A DNA stretch of 64,000 nucleotides from Trichosphaerium sp. ATCC 40318 (taxonomy: Eukaryota; Protista; Tubulinea), in NCBI GenBank assembly GCA_038496445.1, contig JALMLS010000507.1, positions 558,001 through 622,000 on the forward strand, written 5' to 3'. The translations under genes were made by a program, and so were the position numbers. Each line of letters starts with the position of its first letter. The first letter of the stretch is position 1. The notes beneath the pieces are model-generated. The model was not told where the DNA came from. It ran no database searches and saw only the letters and a program-made list of their open reading frames with translations. This document shows, piece by piece, positions 1-12,580 of the stretch.

Positions 1-1385
1 GCGAGGAGTATTGGAAACACGGCAAACGACACGGAGAGCACAAGATGTGGCATAAGAACGGTGTATTAGAATTACAGTGTAATTTTGTGGACGGTAAGCG
101 AGAAAAAGAGTATAAGAGTTGGTATGAAAACGGTCAATTGCGTGAAGATCGTACGTTTATCGAAGGTAAACAAAATGGACACTATAAGAAGTTCCATGAC
201 AATGGTAACTTGCTTGAGGAATGCAGTTATGTTAATGGTAAGCGAGAAGGGGAGTGCAAGCGCTTGTATAATGATGGTAAGTTACTTGATGAGTGTTTTT
301 TTGTCAACGGTAAGCGAGAGGGAGAGTATAAGAGTTGGTATGCCAATGGACAGCTTCTTGAAGATCGTATGTTTGTTGAAGGTAAACAAATTGGAGAATA
401 TAAACGTTTCTACAATGACGGTCACTTGTTTAAGGAGTGTGATTATGAGGATGGTTACCGAGAAGGAGAGTATAGGATTTGGCACAATAACGGTCAATTG
501 AATGTACTTTGTAAGTACATCAATGGCGAGCTGAATGGACGGTACAAAGTGTGGTCTAGCCGTGGTCAGGTTATTGAGATGAGTGACTATGTTGATGGTA
601 AGAGAGAAAGAGATTATACACGCTGGTATGAAAGCGGCCAAGTACTTGAAGAGTGTGAATTCGTAAACGGTGAACCAAAAGGAGTTTACAAAAAGTGGTT
701 TCAAAATGGTCAATTAAATGAGCAAGTTTATTGCTTAAATGGTAAACAGCATGGAGAATATAACAAGTGGCATGATGATGGTCAGTTAGTAGAACATTGT
801 AATTTAATTGAAGGAAAACTACATGGAGAATACAAACAATTCAATGTCCTGACTGAACAGTTGATTAAGAAATGTAATTATCTTGATGGTAAGCTTGATG
901 GTGAGTATAGGACTTGGTATTTCAATGGAAACCCAAAAACCCAATGTTATTACATCAACGGCAAAGTAAATGGACGGCTTAAAGCATGGGACTGGGTTGG
1001 TAGATTGCAAGATAATGTTATTTGTGTCAATGGTTATAGAGCTGGAAATGCTACTAGTTTCCAATGTAAACGTGTTAATGGTAAACTACATGGAGAGTAT
1101 AAAAGAATGATTAAAGGGCAGTTAGTAGAGAAAGGTCATTTTGTACAAGGTGAACGTCATGGAGAGTGTACATTTTGGCTTTGTGATGGTACATTATCTG
1201 AACAGTACAATTATGCTAAAGGTAGACGAGAAGGTGTTTATAAGAGTTGGTATGATAATGGTCAGTTGTATGAAGAGTATAGTTACATTAATGATAAGAA
1301 GGAAGGAGAATGTAAGCGTTGGCTTAAAAGTGGTAAACTGTATGAGCACTTCAATTACATTAATAATAAAAGAGAAAGTGACTGA
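1..1385 (+). CDS. MORN-variant (MORN_2/YwqK-like) repeat protein, intronless, 5'-truncated by the window edge
   Basis: About 24-aa repeats G-K-R-E-G-E-Y-K-x-W-Y-x-N-G-Q-L throughout; the frame is open from position 3; AATAAA follows the stop. Confidence 0.9.
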   Translation, partial: EEYWKHGKRHGEHKMWHKNGVLELQCNFVDGKREKEYKSWYENGQLREDRTFIEGKQNGHYKKFHDNGNLLEECSYVNGKREGECKRLYNDGKLLDECFFVNGKREGEYKSWYANGQLLEDRMFVEGKQIGEYKRFYNDGHLFKECDYEDGYREGEYRIWHNNGQLNVLCKYINGELNGRYKVWSSRGQVIEMSDYVDGKRERDYTRWYESGQVLEECEFVNGEPKGVYKKWFQNGQLNEQVYCLNGKQHGEYNKWHDDGQLVEHCNLIEGKLHGEYKQFNVLTEQLIKKCNYLDGKLDGEYRTWYFNGNPKTQCYYINGKVNGRLKAWDWVGRLQDNVICVNGYRAGNATSFQCKRVNGKLHGEYKRMIKGQLVEKGHFVQGERHGECTFWLCDGTLSEQYNYAKGRREGVYKSWYDNGQLYEEYSYINDKKEGECKRWLKSGKLYEHFNYINNKRESD

Positions 1386-1506
1386 GGTTGCAACACGCAA
1401 TAAATAATGTACCTGTGTTTTATAAAAAGTCTAAAAATAAACTCAACCTTGAAGTACTCTTAGCTAAACTTTTTCAAAGCTATTTAAGTTTATTTTTGTC
1501 CAAGAT

Positions 1507-2736
1507 TTATTTACCATGAACCCACATGTATTGTCCTTTAACTTGTCCATTTTTGTACCATGATTTACTCTCGCCATGTAGGTTACCATCAACCCATGTG
1601 GCTTGATATTTTAGTTTTTCATCTTCATACCATCCTTTACCTTCACCATGGCGTTTGCCATGAGCCCACATGAACTGGTCCTTGAGTTGTCCGTTTTCAT
1701 ACCACGATTTACTTTTGCCATGTATTTTACCATTAACCCACATGGATTGAGTGAGTAGTTGTCCATTTTCATACCATGATTTACGTTTGCCATGTCTGTT
1801 ACCATCAACCCACATGGATTGACTTTTTAGCTGTCCATTGTTATGCCATTCTTTAAATTCACCATGCTGTTCACCATTAACCCATGTGGATTGAGTTCGT
1901 AGTTGTCCATTTTCATACCATCTTTTACATTCGTTGTGCTGTTTATCATCAGCCCACATGGCTTGTTTTTGAAGTTGGCCGTTTTCATACCATTCTTTAC
2001 TTTCGCCATGGCGATTACCATGAGCCCACTTGAATTGTCTTTTAATGTGTCCATTATCATACCAATCTTTGTGTTCACCATGCCGTTCACCATTAATCCA
2101 TGTGGATTGATTTTGTAGTTGTCCATTTTCATACCAACTTTTACATTCACCGTGCTGTTTATCATCAGCCCACATGGCTTGTTTTTGAAGTTGGCCATTT
2201 TCATACCATTCTTTACTTTTCCCATCTATTTTACCATCAACAAACATGCATTGTCCTTTAAGTTGGCCGTGATTATACCATATCTTCATTTCACCTTCTA
2301 GTTTACCATCTACTAATATGTACTGCTTCTTAAGTGATCCACTATCATGCCACTCTTTATACAAACCGCTCATTGCATATTGATGAGACTGTACTTTTCC
2401 ACTTTTATACCATCTTATCCATGTACCTTTTCTTTTTAATGTTTCATCAAAATGTGTATTTGTTGCTGCTCTCTTTGACAAAGTGTGGAATTTTGTGAAC
2501 GCTTCTATATTGAAGGAACAAATATACGTTTGAAGTTCACATGGAATATCCAATAACCCCAAAGAGTCCAATTCGCTGCCCGAATTTTTTATACATTTGG
2601 GATGTGACTTAATAAAATGTATAAGCCACAATGTAATAGTACTATGTGCAGGCACAGGGTTTATGTGCAAAAATATTTGTGTTTTTAAGAAGTTACACCC
2701 CAAGTATGCACTACTTCGATTTGAACTGTACAACAA
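1507..2736 (-). CDS. F-box-like + MORN-variant repeat protein (true start uncertain)
   Basis: LLDIPCELQTYICSF F-box-like motif, then 24-aa WYENGQL...W..G..HG repeats. Confidence 0.85.
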   Translation of the reverse strand: MLYSSNRSSAYLGCNFLKTQIFLHINPVPAHSTITLWLIHFIKSHPKCIKNSGSELDSLGLLDIPCELQTYICSFNIEAFTKFHTLSKRAATNTHFDETLKRKGTWIRWYKSGKVQSHQYAMSGLYKEWHDSGSLKKQYILVDGKLEGEMKIWYNHGQLKGQCMFVDGKIDGKSKEWYENGQLQKQAMWADDKQHGECKSWYENGQLQNQSTWINGERHGEHKDWYDNGHIKRQFKWAHGNRHGESKEWYENGQLQKQAMWADDKQHNECKRWYENGQLRTQSTWVNGEQHGEFKEWHNNGQLKSQSMWVDGNRHGKRKSWYENGQLLTQSMWVNGKIHGKSKSWYENGQLKDQFMWAHGKRHGEGKGWYEDEKLKYQATWVDGNLHGESKSWYKNGQVKGQYMWVHGK

Positions 2737-3920
2737 AAGGCATTTAAAACACGTGATTTCTTAGAAATAACAATCTGCCGATTCACAACATGTAGGTAAA
2801 CCCTTACATTTGTCTGACGATAATTCATGTTCGGCGAAAAAGGAGACCATTTATTCTCTGATCACGGATTTGAAGATTTAGCTAAATGTCGCGAACAGTC
2901 GAACCCTTAATTTTGCAAAATGCAGCGCAAACCCGTTCCAGGTGAATTAAATTTCGAAAAGTAGTGTCACACCAAAGGAAAATACTTGTTTACAGCAAAT
3001 CAAATAAATTTCTGATAAATTTGTTAATCTCGTTACGACTAAGTTGTAGCTGTTGTATACCACGTGTTTTACGTACCATAATGAATTAATACTATTAATC
3101 CTATTTAACGTGTTCGTTAAGGTTTAGCGTTGTCTTCGTTGTCTTCAATAGAAAGTACACGAAAAACGACTTTTGTTTTTCGCTTGTTTTTATGCAGAAA
3201 TTGAAATAAACTTCACCGCTAGTCAAACGCATGTGTAGCAAAATTCCATCCCTGCTCGTTACAAAAGGGTGTATGCTGTGATCCTCTTCAAGTGGAATGA
3301 ACGTGTTGGTATGTTGCATCATTTCCTGTATGCCCGTTATCTATAGAAATACCCGTGGCGTATTCCTTATTAACTTTGAGCCAGTAGTACACTTTGTTCG
3401 TTCTCTAAAAATATCAAGTAAGTGCCGGAATATTGACTATGCGGACACGCTATAAGGAAGTATCTAGCATATAGCTAGGCTAAAAAGACCACGTTGCTGT
3501 AGCTGCCATTTTTTATAAAGTTAAGTTGTGAGAGTTGCTCGTATTTTTGACTTACATTGTTGGATCCTTATGTGAGCAAAACATTTTTATTTACAGCAGA
3601 ATACCCGACGATACAGATATAAAATAGCGTGGCTACTAAAAATTACAGTAAAGTGGCTCTGAGCAAAGTTGCTTTTTCATTCAAAAAGTTGAGATAAAAA
3701 CCATTGGTTCAGAAAGTAGTGTAAACAATGTATATCGTGTTTTACCCACATGTTTTTAACATCACATGCTTCCAATATTGTTTTAGGGAGATGAACACTA
3801 GTTTTGTTTTGATAATACCTCGCTCGAATGACCTCTTGGCTAGTTTCATAACACTTTGATAAGTCGCTGTAGATTATGACTTACGTTGGCCTCATAGTAC
3901 ATAGTGAACATATCTATACA

Positions 3921-4879
3921 TCAAATACCTTGTTTCTTCAAATAAGATGAAATATACAATACACTATGACGAGATTTGGCTGACATTGGTTCCATGGCAT
4001 TATCATAAACTCCTAACACGCATGCATTGTTTGCTCTGCAACAAATGAATCCTTTTGTACCACTATGACCATGAATAAAGCCTTCAGTGACTGCAAGTGC
4101 AACAAACCTTGTTTCAAATTCAGAAAACAAACAGCAAAAAAAAAAAAAAAAATTTCTTTTCAATAGGTAATCACGTGTCATTGAAAAAAAACAAAGCCAG
4201 TTGAAAGAAAAAAGAAATTACTACCCAGGCAACTTTGATAGTGTCTTCTAAAAATCAGTTCTAGCACGTGTTGTTGAAGCAAGATCAAGAAAGAAAAAAA
4301 TAGTGTCAAAAATAAATCGTACTTTGTGTCAAAGAGTTCTATTTTATCCTTTGTCAAATGATCAAATCTCGCTGATAAATCAGCCAGTTGACGTTTGGTG
4401 ACATTTAATAACTTTGATTTTGCCCAAATCGTTCCATCCAAACCGAAAACAGCACCAAATACATTGTTTGAACGGTTTTTACCTATGATCATGCGTACAT
4501 AGCCCCTCCAACCTCCTGTCATAACAAAAAGTCATTAATTTCATTCATAATGTACAACATACGCGTTCCCTCCACGTCGCTTGCTTTAAAGTATTGCTCT
4601 TGCATTTTTTTAGTTTCGTAGTACCGTTGCTTGCTATTTAGCTTATAGTTTGTCGTCATGGACATTAAATACGTGTCAAAGTCTCTGTGAGACAGATAGG
4701 CCCATACCTGTACATTTTTTGGTTTATAGATATTACAAAGCGATCTAACGCACTTTATCATCGTTACCAACCCTAAATGAAGCCCAACAGACATAAGAAA
4801 CGGATAGTAAATCCGTAGATGTCAAACACTTGAAAATATTGATAATAACCTCATCAGGCAACGACAGTAATGTATTCAT
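3921..4879 (-). CDS. F-box-profilin fusion protein (spliced)
   Basis: Exon 1 MNTLLSLPDEVIINIFKCLTSTDLLSVSYVC (F-box); later exons GWRGYV...GAVFGLDGTIWAKS...FIHGHSGTKGFICCRAN...YLKKQGI (profilin); GT-AG introns keep the frame. Confidence 0.7.
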
Positions 4880-5148
4880 AGCGTTATCGTTACTCTGCCA
4901 ACATTTACTAAACTACAAGCGGTAATTAAGCCAACATGTGGAGATTCGAAAGCGAGAAACATGTACCACTGGTGCTAACACAGAACCTGATTATAGCCAC
5001 GCTTGAGCAACAATACTGATCAAGGTAGAAGGTTCACCCACATGCATCAATACTCAACAAAGTCAATTTTTGTTTCCAATTTGATCTTTCGTTGTTCTTA
5101 TCTTTATTTATTTCTTCGCCATCGTTTACACTCCTTTTCATCCACTGC

Positions 5149-6060
5149 TTAAAAGCCCTCAATATCAATATTATGATTTGTTTGGACATAATCAGCATAA
5201 AGTGCTTTCTCAACTTTACACGGAGTCCAAAACTTTGTATCAGCTAAGGCATTAAGAGATTTCGCCTTTTCAGACACCAACGTGTGGAATTTGGTGTATT
5301 GGCTTATGTTGTACTTTAACTTCGGTCCCAATTCTGAAATAGAGAGCATAGCTTCATCAGACATGAAACAAACATCGCCTTTTGTCATTGCAGTCAAAAC
5401 GGCCGAAGCTGTAGCAGGTCCAACTCCCTATTGTAAAAAAGAACAAAATTAAAAGGCTGTCACGTGATAAGAGAAAAACAATTGTATGGATCAGCTTCCA
5501 CTGTTTTTTTTGTCTTGCAATCACGTACCTTTAACGGTTTTACAAGTACGTTTATCGCTTCCAATAAGCTTGGCAAGGTATTGTAGGCTTCAGTAGAGAG
5601 CTTTTTAACCTAACAAAGGGTTGGCGGGTAAAGATAAGTGTTAAGGCGAACCAATTCGTCGTCTTGTGCCTCAGCATGCTGAACTAGGCTACATAGCATG
5701 AGTACGCGTTATTGTAACAAAGAAAAATGTAAAAACTAACCCAGGACGGAATTGACCCTTCAAAACCTTCCAATTTACTATTTTTACTAGTTCCTGCTTT
5801 GTAATGAACTTTGGGTCGCGTTTGGCAATAACCGATGGTAATTCGTGTCGATACCATCTATCAAGTTCAGCGAGCTTCAAATAACGCTCCTTGTATGCTG
5901 CAACCTTTGTTCCTTTAACAAAATAAACACAACTTAAAACAATTAGAAAGTGACACCCACTTGACGCTTTAAAACTTGCAACAGCCTTCACAGTACGATC
6001 ATATGTCGCTAGCTTGTTTTGCCACACCACAACGTCAGTTGATGTAAAGATGGTGTGCAT
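5149..6060 (-). CDS. Conserved uncharacterised protein, helix-hairpin-helix glycosylase-like family
   Basis: LAELDRWYRHELP...ITKQELVKIVNWK..KGQFRPGL, GVGPATASAVL, FMSDEA, WTPCKVEKAL motifs across exons. Confidence 0.7.
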
Positions 6061-6204
6061 TTGTACTTTTTGTAGATTTGTAAACAAAAAAATAAACGAA
6101 GTTTCACTGATGGTTCTAACAACACTCGTGAAACTGAGAAGTACAATAGAAAGCGTAACAATGTAGTAAGAAGCACAAAATTTTCTTGTTGAGGTTGTAC
6201 AAGC

Positions 6205-7177
6205 TTAAGATTGGGAACGGTACAATTTGAAAGATTTTCTGTTGCGTCTTCTCCATGAAGCACGTCGGGAAGGTCTGTTCTTGTACTTGATACCTTTTCC
6301 GCGGTGTCCACGTCCTGTAATAAAGAAGTAAGTATTTGTAAACAGACAACACATCAAAAAAATAAGAAAAACAGCGAAAAAAGTTTTCTCTTGGAAAAAG
6401 TTTTTGCAGAGTTCAAACGGACCTTTCTTTCCAGCGGAGGTGAGTCCTCTGCGTTCGCGTCCTTTGTGGTGAGCGTGGCAGATCCAGTTAATACGTGGGT
6501 CGTTACGGATAACTGGGTGATGTGGGTCTACGAGAATGACTTCGAAATATTTGTGGGAACCGTCCTAATGGAGAGTGTCAAAAAAAAATGGAAATGTTTT
6601 CTGTAACTTGTCACAAGCGTAATTACGCGTTGCGCTTGAGTTTGAGTAAAGCACGTACAGCGGCAACCCAGTATGAGTTGAGGACACGGAGTCCATTCAA
6701 AGCTTTACCAACACGGGTCTCAGCAATAACTTGGTGAGACATAGGGTGTTTTCTGTGGCGGATGCTGTGGTTAATTGGTTTGCGGCGAGGCATACCACGA
6801 GACAACATAACACCATCACGACGACGACCACCCTTACGGATTCTGATACGGTATACGAGGAATCCTGGCTTTGTTTTGTATCCAAGTCGGTGGGCTTTAT
6901 CGGTACGGCTAGGGCGTACGCATTTGTGCATGGACTTGCGTTGCCTTGTTTATGTAAGCTTTTGTCAGGCGATCAGTAGTTTTTTAATTACCTGTACTCC
7001 CAAGCGCGGAAACGTAGAACGTAGCGCATGGAATCGCTTTGCTTCTTCCTCCAGAGCTCGCACATGTACTTGTAAGCCCCTGAGAAAAATCAGTGATGAA
7101 GCGCTTTAATGGCATAATTTGGGCATATAAGTGCATAATATCGCTTTTGAGAGTGATTGTAGTAGCAACGTACCCAT
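6205..7177 (-). CDS. RPL15: 60S ribosomal protein L15
   Basis: Spliced [17 protein letters not shown]...[14 protein letters not shown]...LRVLNSYWV...[10 protein letters not shown]...RGLTSAGKK. Confidence 0.97.
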
Positions 7178-7336
7178 GGTTAGTGATGAGAATTTACAGA
7201 GAACCTACAAAAAAAATATGAAGCAAAAGAAAGTCAACATATTTTCGCTGCGCAAAAAAATTCAGAGTACTTGTCAATTATTCTTGTTGACTCAGCAGCT
7301 TTAAACTGACGTGTTCTCGGCGTAGTAAACCAAAAT

Positions 7337-7693
7337 ATGGCAGTAAGCAACCTTACAAGTACTCTACAGCGTTATTTGCTTTACAATTATTGTAGGGACT
7401 TGCAGATAGGGCGCTTGGACTGTTTTTATTGATAGTCAGTGTTGTCGTTTACGTGTATTATACATTCTGGGTTTTAGTTACAGTACACGCTCTTATTCTT
7501 ATTGTATATTCACAAAAATTAGCCGTTCATTGCTGAAGACCACCATGTACAAAGTTTTTTCCTACCAAGGACATACGCCGTTAAAATCCCTCTGATGATA
7601 TTCATACTCGCTGGCGTGATTGTACTGACGTTTTTGTCGTTATTAATGATAAAAACTGGTATGGACGCCCGAAAGAAAGAAAAGAAGGCTTAG
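7337..7693 (+). CDS. DPM2: Dolichol-phosphate mannose synthase regulatory subunit
   Basis: Three exons give MAGLADRALGLFLLIVSVVVYVYYTFWVLVTPFIAEDHHVQSFFLPRTYAVKIP...KKEKKA (YYTxW and PF motifs, two TM helices, KKxx-like end). Absent from the ORF track. Confidence 0.92.
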
Positions 7694-8738
7694 GCCACAA
7701 TGTACACCAAGTAACCTAAAAAGTATAAATCAATACCCAATGTCACTTCTTTTTAAAAAAGAGTGCGATGTACCAAGATCTTCTAGTTTATTCTGAATAT
7801 CCATCGTGTCACAATTGCCCAAAATATTAGCAGTTTCCTTAGACGCATCGAATTCAACGTCACAGCCAACCTAGAGGTACGTTAATTTTGTTTGAACGGC
7901 AGCAAAAAAAAAAAGAGAAAAAAGGTTGGTTGCATACAGCGTGTTTTTTGAGAGCTGTAAGTACTTGTTTCTCGCACGATTCATTCATCATGCCTTTAAT
8001 ATGTAATACAGCACGACTTTGGGACTATGTAGTGTTAGCGTAGTGTTAGCAATAGCTTGCAAACTACTGAAATGGTTGACATGTGTCAAGTTCTTACCAC
8101 TCCATTAAATGAGGTGGATATGAGTAACGCATTCATCCAAGAAGCTATGAAGAGTTAGTGGTGTTATGGTGCATTCATAGCGCAGAGCGTATTGTGTCTG
8201 CTCGTTCAAGCGTACCCATTGCCTCTTCAGTGTCGGCAAACAGGAATAAGACTCTTGCACGCGTATTTATGCTGAATCCGTTTTCTTTGTCATCCATAGA
8301 ACTGGTTTCTATCATTGCCTCATTCAAAGATATTTTACCAACGTGGTACTCATCCTGCAGATGTAAGCTTTGTACAGGTATACGCGAATAATCACCTTGT
8401 GACTCTTGTAATAATATAATTCGTTGTTAATGAGGCGAAACCACCGCCGCTTCCATGTTTTGAGTCTATTACCGCGTTTTGTTAACCATCCTTATTCTTG
8501 TTTAGCACAACTTGGTTAAACCTAACCAAAACATACCCTCCTTTTTAGAATTGATGATGTCAGGCATATTTTCGTCACTAGGTGGTGTCTACAATAATCG
8601 GTTACCAAACAATAACATAACGCAACGTACGCCATAATTACTTGTATAAGAGTCTCTGGACCATTCGGAATCGCGTCTTGTTGTACCGCGTAGTTTATCC
8701 GACAATTTGTCTGAAACAGCAGTTATTCTCCTTCTCAT
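7690..8738 (-). CDS. PH domain + C-terminal HMA-like domain protein
   Basis: GWLTKRGNRLKTWKRRWFRL...LFLFADT...WMNAL (PH); LHIKGMMNESCEKQVLTALKK...VEFDASKETANILG...IQNKLEDLGY (HMA pattern). Confidence 0.8.
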
Positions 8739-8844
8739 TGCGTAGTGTGTGCCAACGTGATACAGCAATGCGATCACAATTTTGTGGTTTTGCTTAACTG
8801 CAAAACGTGACTGTAACCAAATCTACAAAAGGGCAATACCTCTC

Positions 8845-11722
8845 TATGAGCAAACGAAAAAGAACTAATGACGATGAGGGAGTACAACAACCCAAACGCC
8901 CAAAACGTACCTTCAAAACTGTACGCCATGCATCACATGGATTCTACACTAGCATAGAGCTATAATAGCAAGTTTTACGCGCTTCCGTTACAGTGTAACC
9001 TTGCTTCGATTTCTTCACTATTTCTGATTTTAAATCGCGTGTTACAGTACATAAATCTGATATACTTAGTGTGTAGAACATGGTGGCGCTACTGACCCAG
9101 GTGTACGTCTTTACGAAACTCAATTCTCTCAATTTTTCCTTAAAACTCCATTTTCATTTTGAACTGTACAACATGTATCCATTGTGACACTTGATGTGCT
9201 GTTGTAGAAAAAATCTCCCGTATTTTGTGAAGCAACAACACCACTCGTTTTTTGCCGTTATTGTTAGCGTATTTACTTTCAAGCGCGGCTTAGTATATCT
9301 AAGAATTCATACATCTAGATACTCAACACCATGTTTGTTCCAACTTTTGTTTAAACACATAAATCTAGCGTCGTTTATGCTTTTTGGAGTTATTTTATGG
9401 TTCTAAAAAGCGAAAGAACAGTAATATTTTGATTTTATGGAACTGTTGAATTCCATTTACGCCTGAACGCGTTCTTTAAACCTGTAAAGCGCGTAAACAG
9501 CGGAAAAGCGTATTTTCAATTTTTTTTTTCAAAGTTGTACCTTTTTCTAAAACATCACGTGTAGAGCCGCTATGGTGATCTTAACCAGGACGACTACTTT
9601 GTAGACAAGTTCTTGACCCCAGAGGGCTACATACACTTGTTCTGTGTCTTTGATGGTACGTTATTGTCTTGTAGATTGGAGACTATCATCGTTCGCCAGT
9701 ATCACGTGTAACTCAACTATTTTTGTTTCTCTCACGTGATTTTTTTTTAAATGTTGCGAAAACTTTTATAATAATGATTATGTTTTCTAGGTCATGGAAA
9801 GAATGGTGAAGTGGCGTCAAAAGTAGCAAAAGAAGTGAGTACCTCGTTGGTTTTTTTTTTGTTCCACACTTGATAGTTTGTACTTGCTTTGTCCTTATGC
9901 TTATTTCTGAAAACAGGAAACAAGGAGTTTTTTAAAGTCTGAGTTGCAAAAGAATCCAGCTCCTTCAAAGAAAGATCAAGATGCTATGATCAAGACAGCG
10001 TTTAAACGTGCTCATGATGTACGTAAAATATATACCTTTTAGTTTTTATGTACCAACATCCGAAATACTCTTTGCATCTCGTAAAACAATTGTCTCATTG
10101 TTCTAGGCTATTATAAAAGAGTATCCTAAACTACAAACAATTACAGATAATGGCGTGGAGTATAAGCTTACAGATGGCGAGGATGGCCAGTATGAGTATA
10201 GTGCCGAAAATGGTGGCATATTTTTCTTACATGACTTCGGTAAGGAGTTGTTAATTCTTCTTTTTTTTGAGCCATTGGTTGATCTACCTAATCATGTTTA
10301 ATAGGCACAACAGCCGTAATTGTGATTTACTTTGAAAATAAACATAAAATGGTGATCGGAAGTGTTGGCGATTCATTCGCTGTTATTGGAAGCATAAAGC
10401 AAAGACGTGATGTGATGGGCAAGACTGATGAGTGGGATTATAGCGCACATACATTGAATGAAAACGACAATTGTGAAGAGGGCCTTCAAAGTGAACTAAA
10501 GCGTATAAGAAGATCATTTAGAACGTACGTGTAACACCTTTATCCAAACAAAAACCAAAAGAAATCGAAAGAAAAAAAAAAGAGTTTTCAAGCAGAGCTT
10601 GGTTGCTAGGACACAAAAAATGAATCTATCAAAGCCAAGGTTTTCAAGCACAAAGAACAGAGTTTTCCATCAGAGCCTAACCTTGTCGGTTTACATCAGA
10701 AGTTCTTTTTTTTTTTTTTTTGAAAAACAAACTGTTCTGCCTCAAAGATTCTAACGTCTTTTTTGGTTTTCTTTTCCCCTTGTACAGATTTATGATATCT
10801 GAGCTGAGTGGGAGACGCTAATATTTGTTTATTTAGAAAAGCTGCTATTGATAATGGATACATACATCCTATAAACTCACCTTATGACTGGCACTGCCTA
10901 GCGATGACTAGAGCTCTAGGACATAAGTACCTAGTAAAATGTGGCGTCATATGGGAACCACATATAACATATTATACAACACTACCAGAGGACTTAACGT
11001 TGAGTACGTCAAGATGAAAGTTTTTGGTTTTTTTCAACAAAAAGACAAGCGGCCAAAAAGTTCGACGTGTCAAAAACCTAGATGGTAAAAGTCACTACTT
11101 TTCGTTGAGTATTTTATAGATATCTAGACTATACATACTTAACGAAAGACGTCTGCCGTCTAAGTCTTTATCAGCGTGGGCAGTTCAGACTGTTATTTTT
11201 TCGCTGAATGTTTAAATTTTATTTTTTTTGCATTTTATTATTTTATTGTCTGTTTATCTAACCTTCTTTACTAGTTGTTGCGTCTGATGGTACGCTTATA
11301 TACATTAACAAAGTTGTTAGTTCATTTTAAATAATCAACAGCCAGGTCTTTGGGATGTTGCCATACGTGAAGATGTAGTACAATACGCACTCTCTGAGGA
11401 GCCTCAACAAGCTGCCCAAACATTAGTCGACAAGGCTTTGGAATGGTGAGAACTTTAAACAAGTCACAAGGCGTAATCTAACCACTTATTATTTAGGTGG
11501 AAAATAATGCCTACCTACGATCCAGAGGAAGATTCGGATGATGAGCATGATGAAAAAGAAGGTGCAGATAAAGATAGAGAGGAATATGATGATTCTGAGG
11601 ATTCTGATGAAATGCCAGTAACAAATAAAGCAGATAATACGACTGTTGTGGTTGTACGACTACAACCAAAAAAAGATATAAAAGAACTCATTGAAAAGTG
11701 CAATGGGAATACAACCGAATAA
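8845..11722 (+). CDS. PP2C/PPM protein phosphatase with acidic insertion
   Basis: QDD, CVFDGHG, GTTA, VGDS, LAMTRALG, VASDGLWD and DNTTVVVV motifs over many exons; basic NLS-like N-terminus. Confidence 0.93.
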
Positions 11723-12580
11723 AAAACACCTACAAAAGGGTTTGTGTATTGTAATACTGTAGTTGTTTATTTGTCTAAAGATATTTGTGCTGGTGTTCTC
11801 GGCAGTAAACAACACTAGCCATAAGTGCGTAGAAACTATTAACTTTTCATCGCAGAGTTTTGTGCATCGCGAACGTAGTCAAATCTCACGCCGCATAGCA
11901 ACGTTACTACGATTTTCAAAAAGATTCAAACATCCACTGTAATTGAGTATTGTATCAGATTGCCTTTTAAGGTGATTAATTTTCTTCACAGCAATGTCGC
12001 AATTGTTGTTACTGACCAACTGGAGACAAGATAAAAAGCAATCTGTATTGTCGCTAGATTGCACCTCTTTGGTTCCGGAAAAGGTCAAAGCCTGGTAACT
12101 AGGTAAATAGGGCGCAAGCTAGTTAAATTTTTTTTGGTGCCATTAAACCTCAATTTGGTTCGGACGGAGTCTGTAAACTTTGAAAATCATTCTTGCGCCC
12201 TAGGTCATGGCGGCGACACTACCACAGAGGCACCTCATACCACATAAACGCCGCTCCTTCATTTTCACGTGTAAAGGATCGTGTACTGTAAAAAAAAGAA
12301 AAGATAGACTATTTATTTAAATCCTCTTCTTTTTTTGGGCGTTGTTAATCCAATTCGCATACCTGTGGAGAGCCAATTTAAGACAGCAGTAAATTATCCA
12401 ATTTGAGTTTTACCGCCAAATTCTAAAACCAAATATTCACCTTATTTGCGGTACACTTTTTCACCCATTTTGTTAGCGGACATGAAGAAAGTACTTTAAC
12501 GGCATTAGTGTTCTATGTAAATAAGGTAACTTAAACTATATTACGAAACTTAAGCTGTCTACCGTACTTCACTTTTTCCC

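Noticed and set aside
3101-3510. Possible small minus-strand gene
   Set aside because: I could not build a consistent exon chain or recognise a domain
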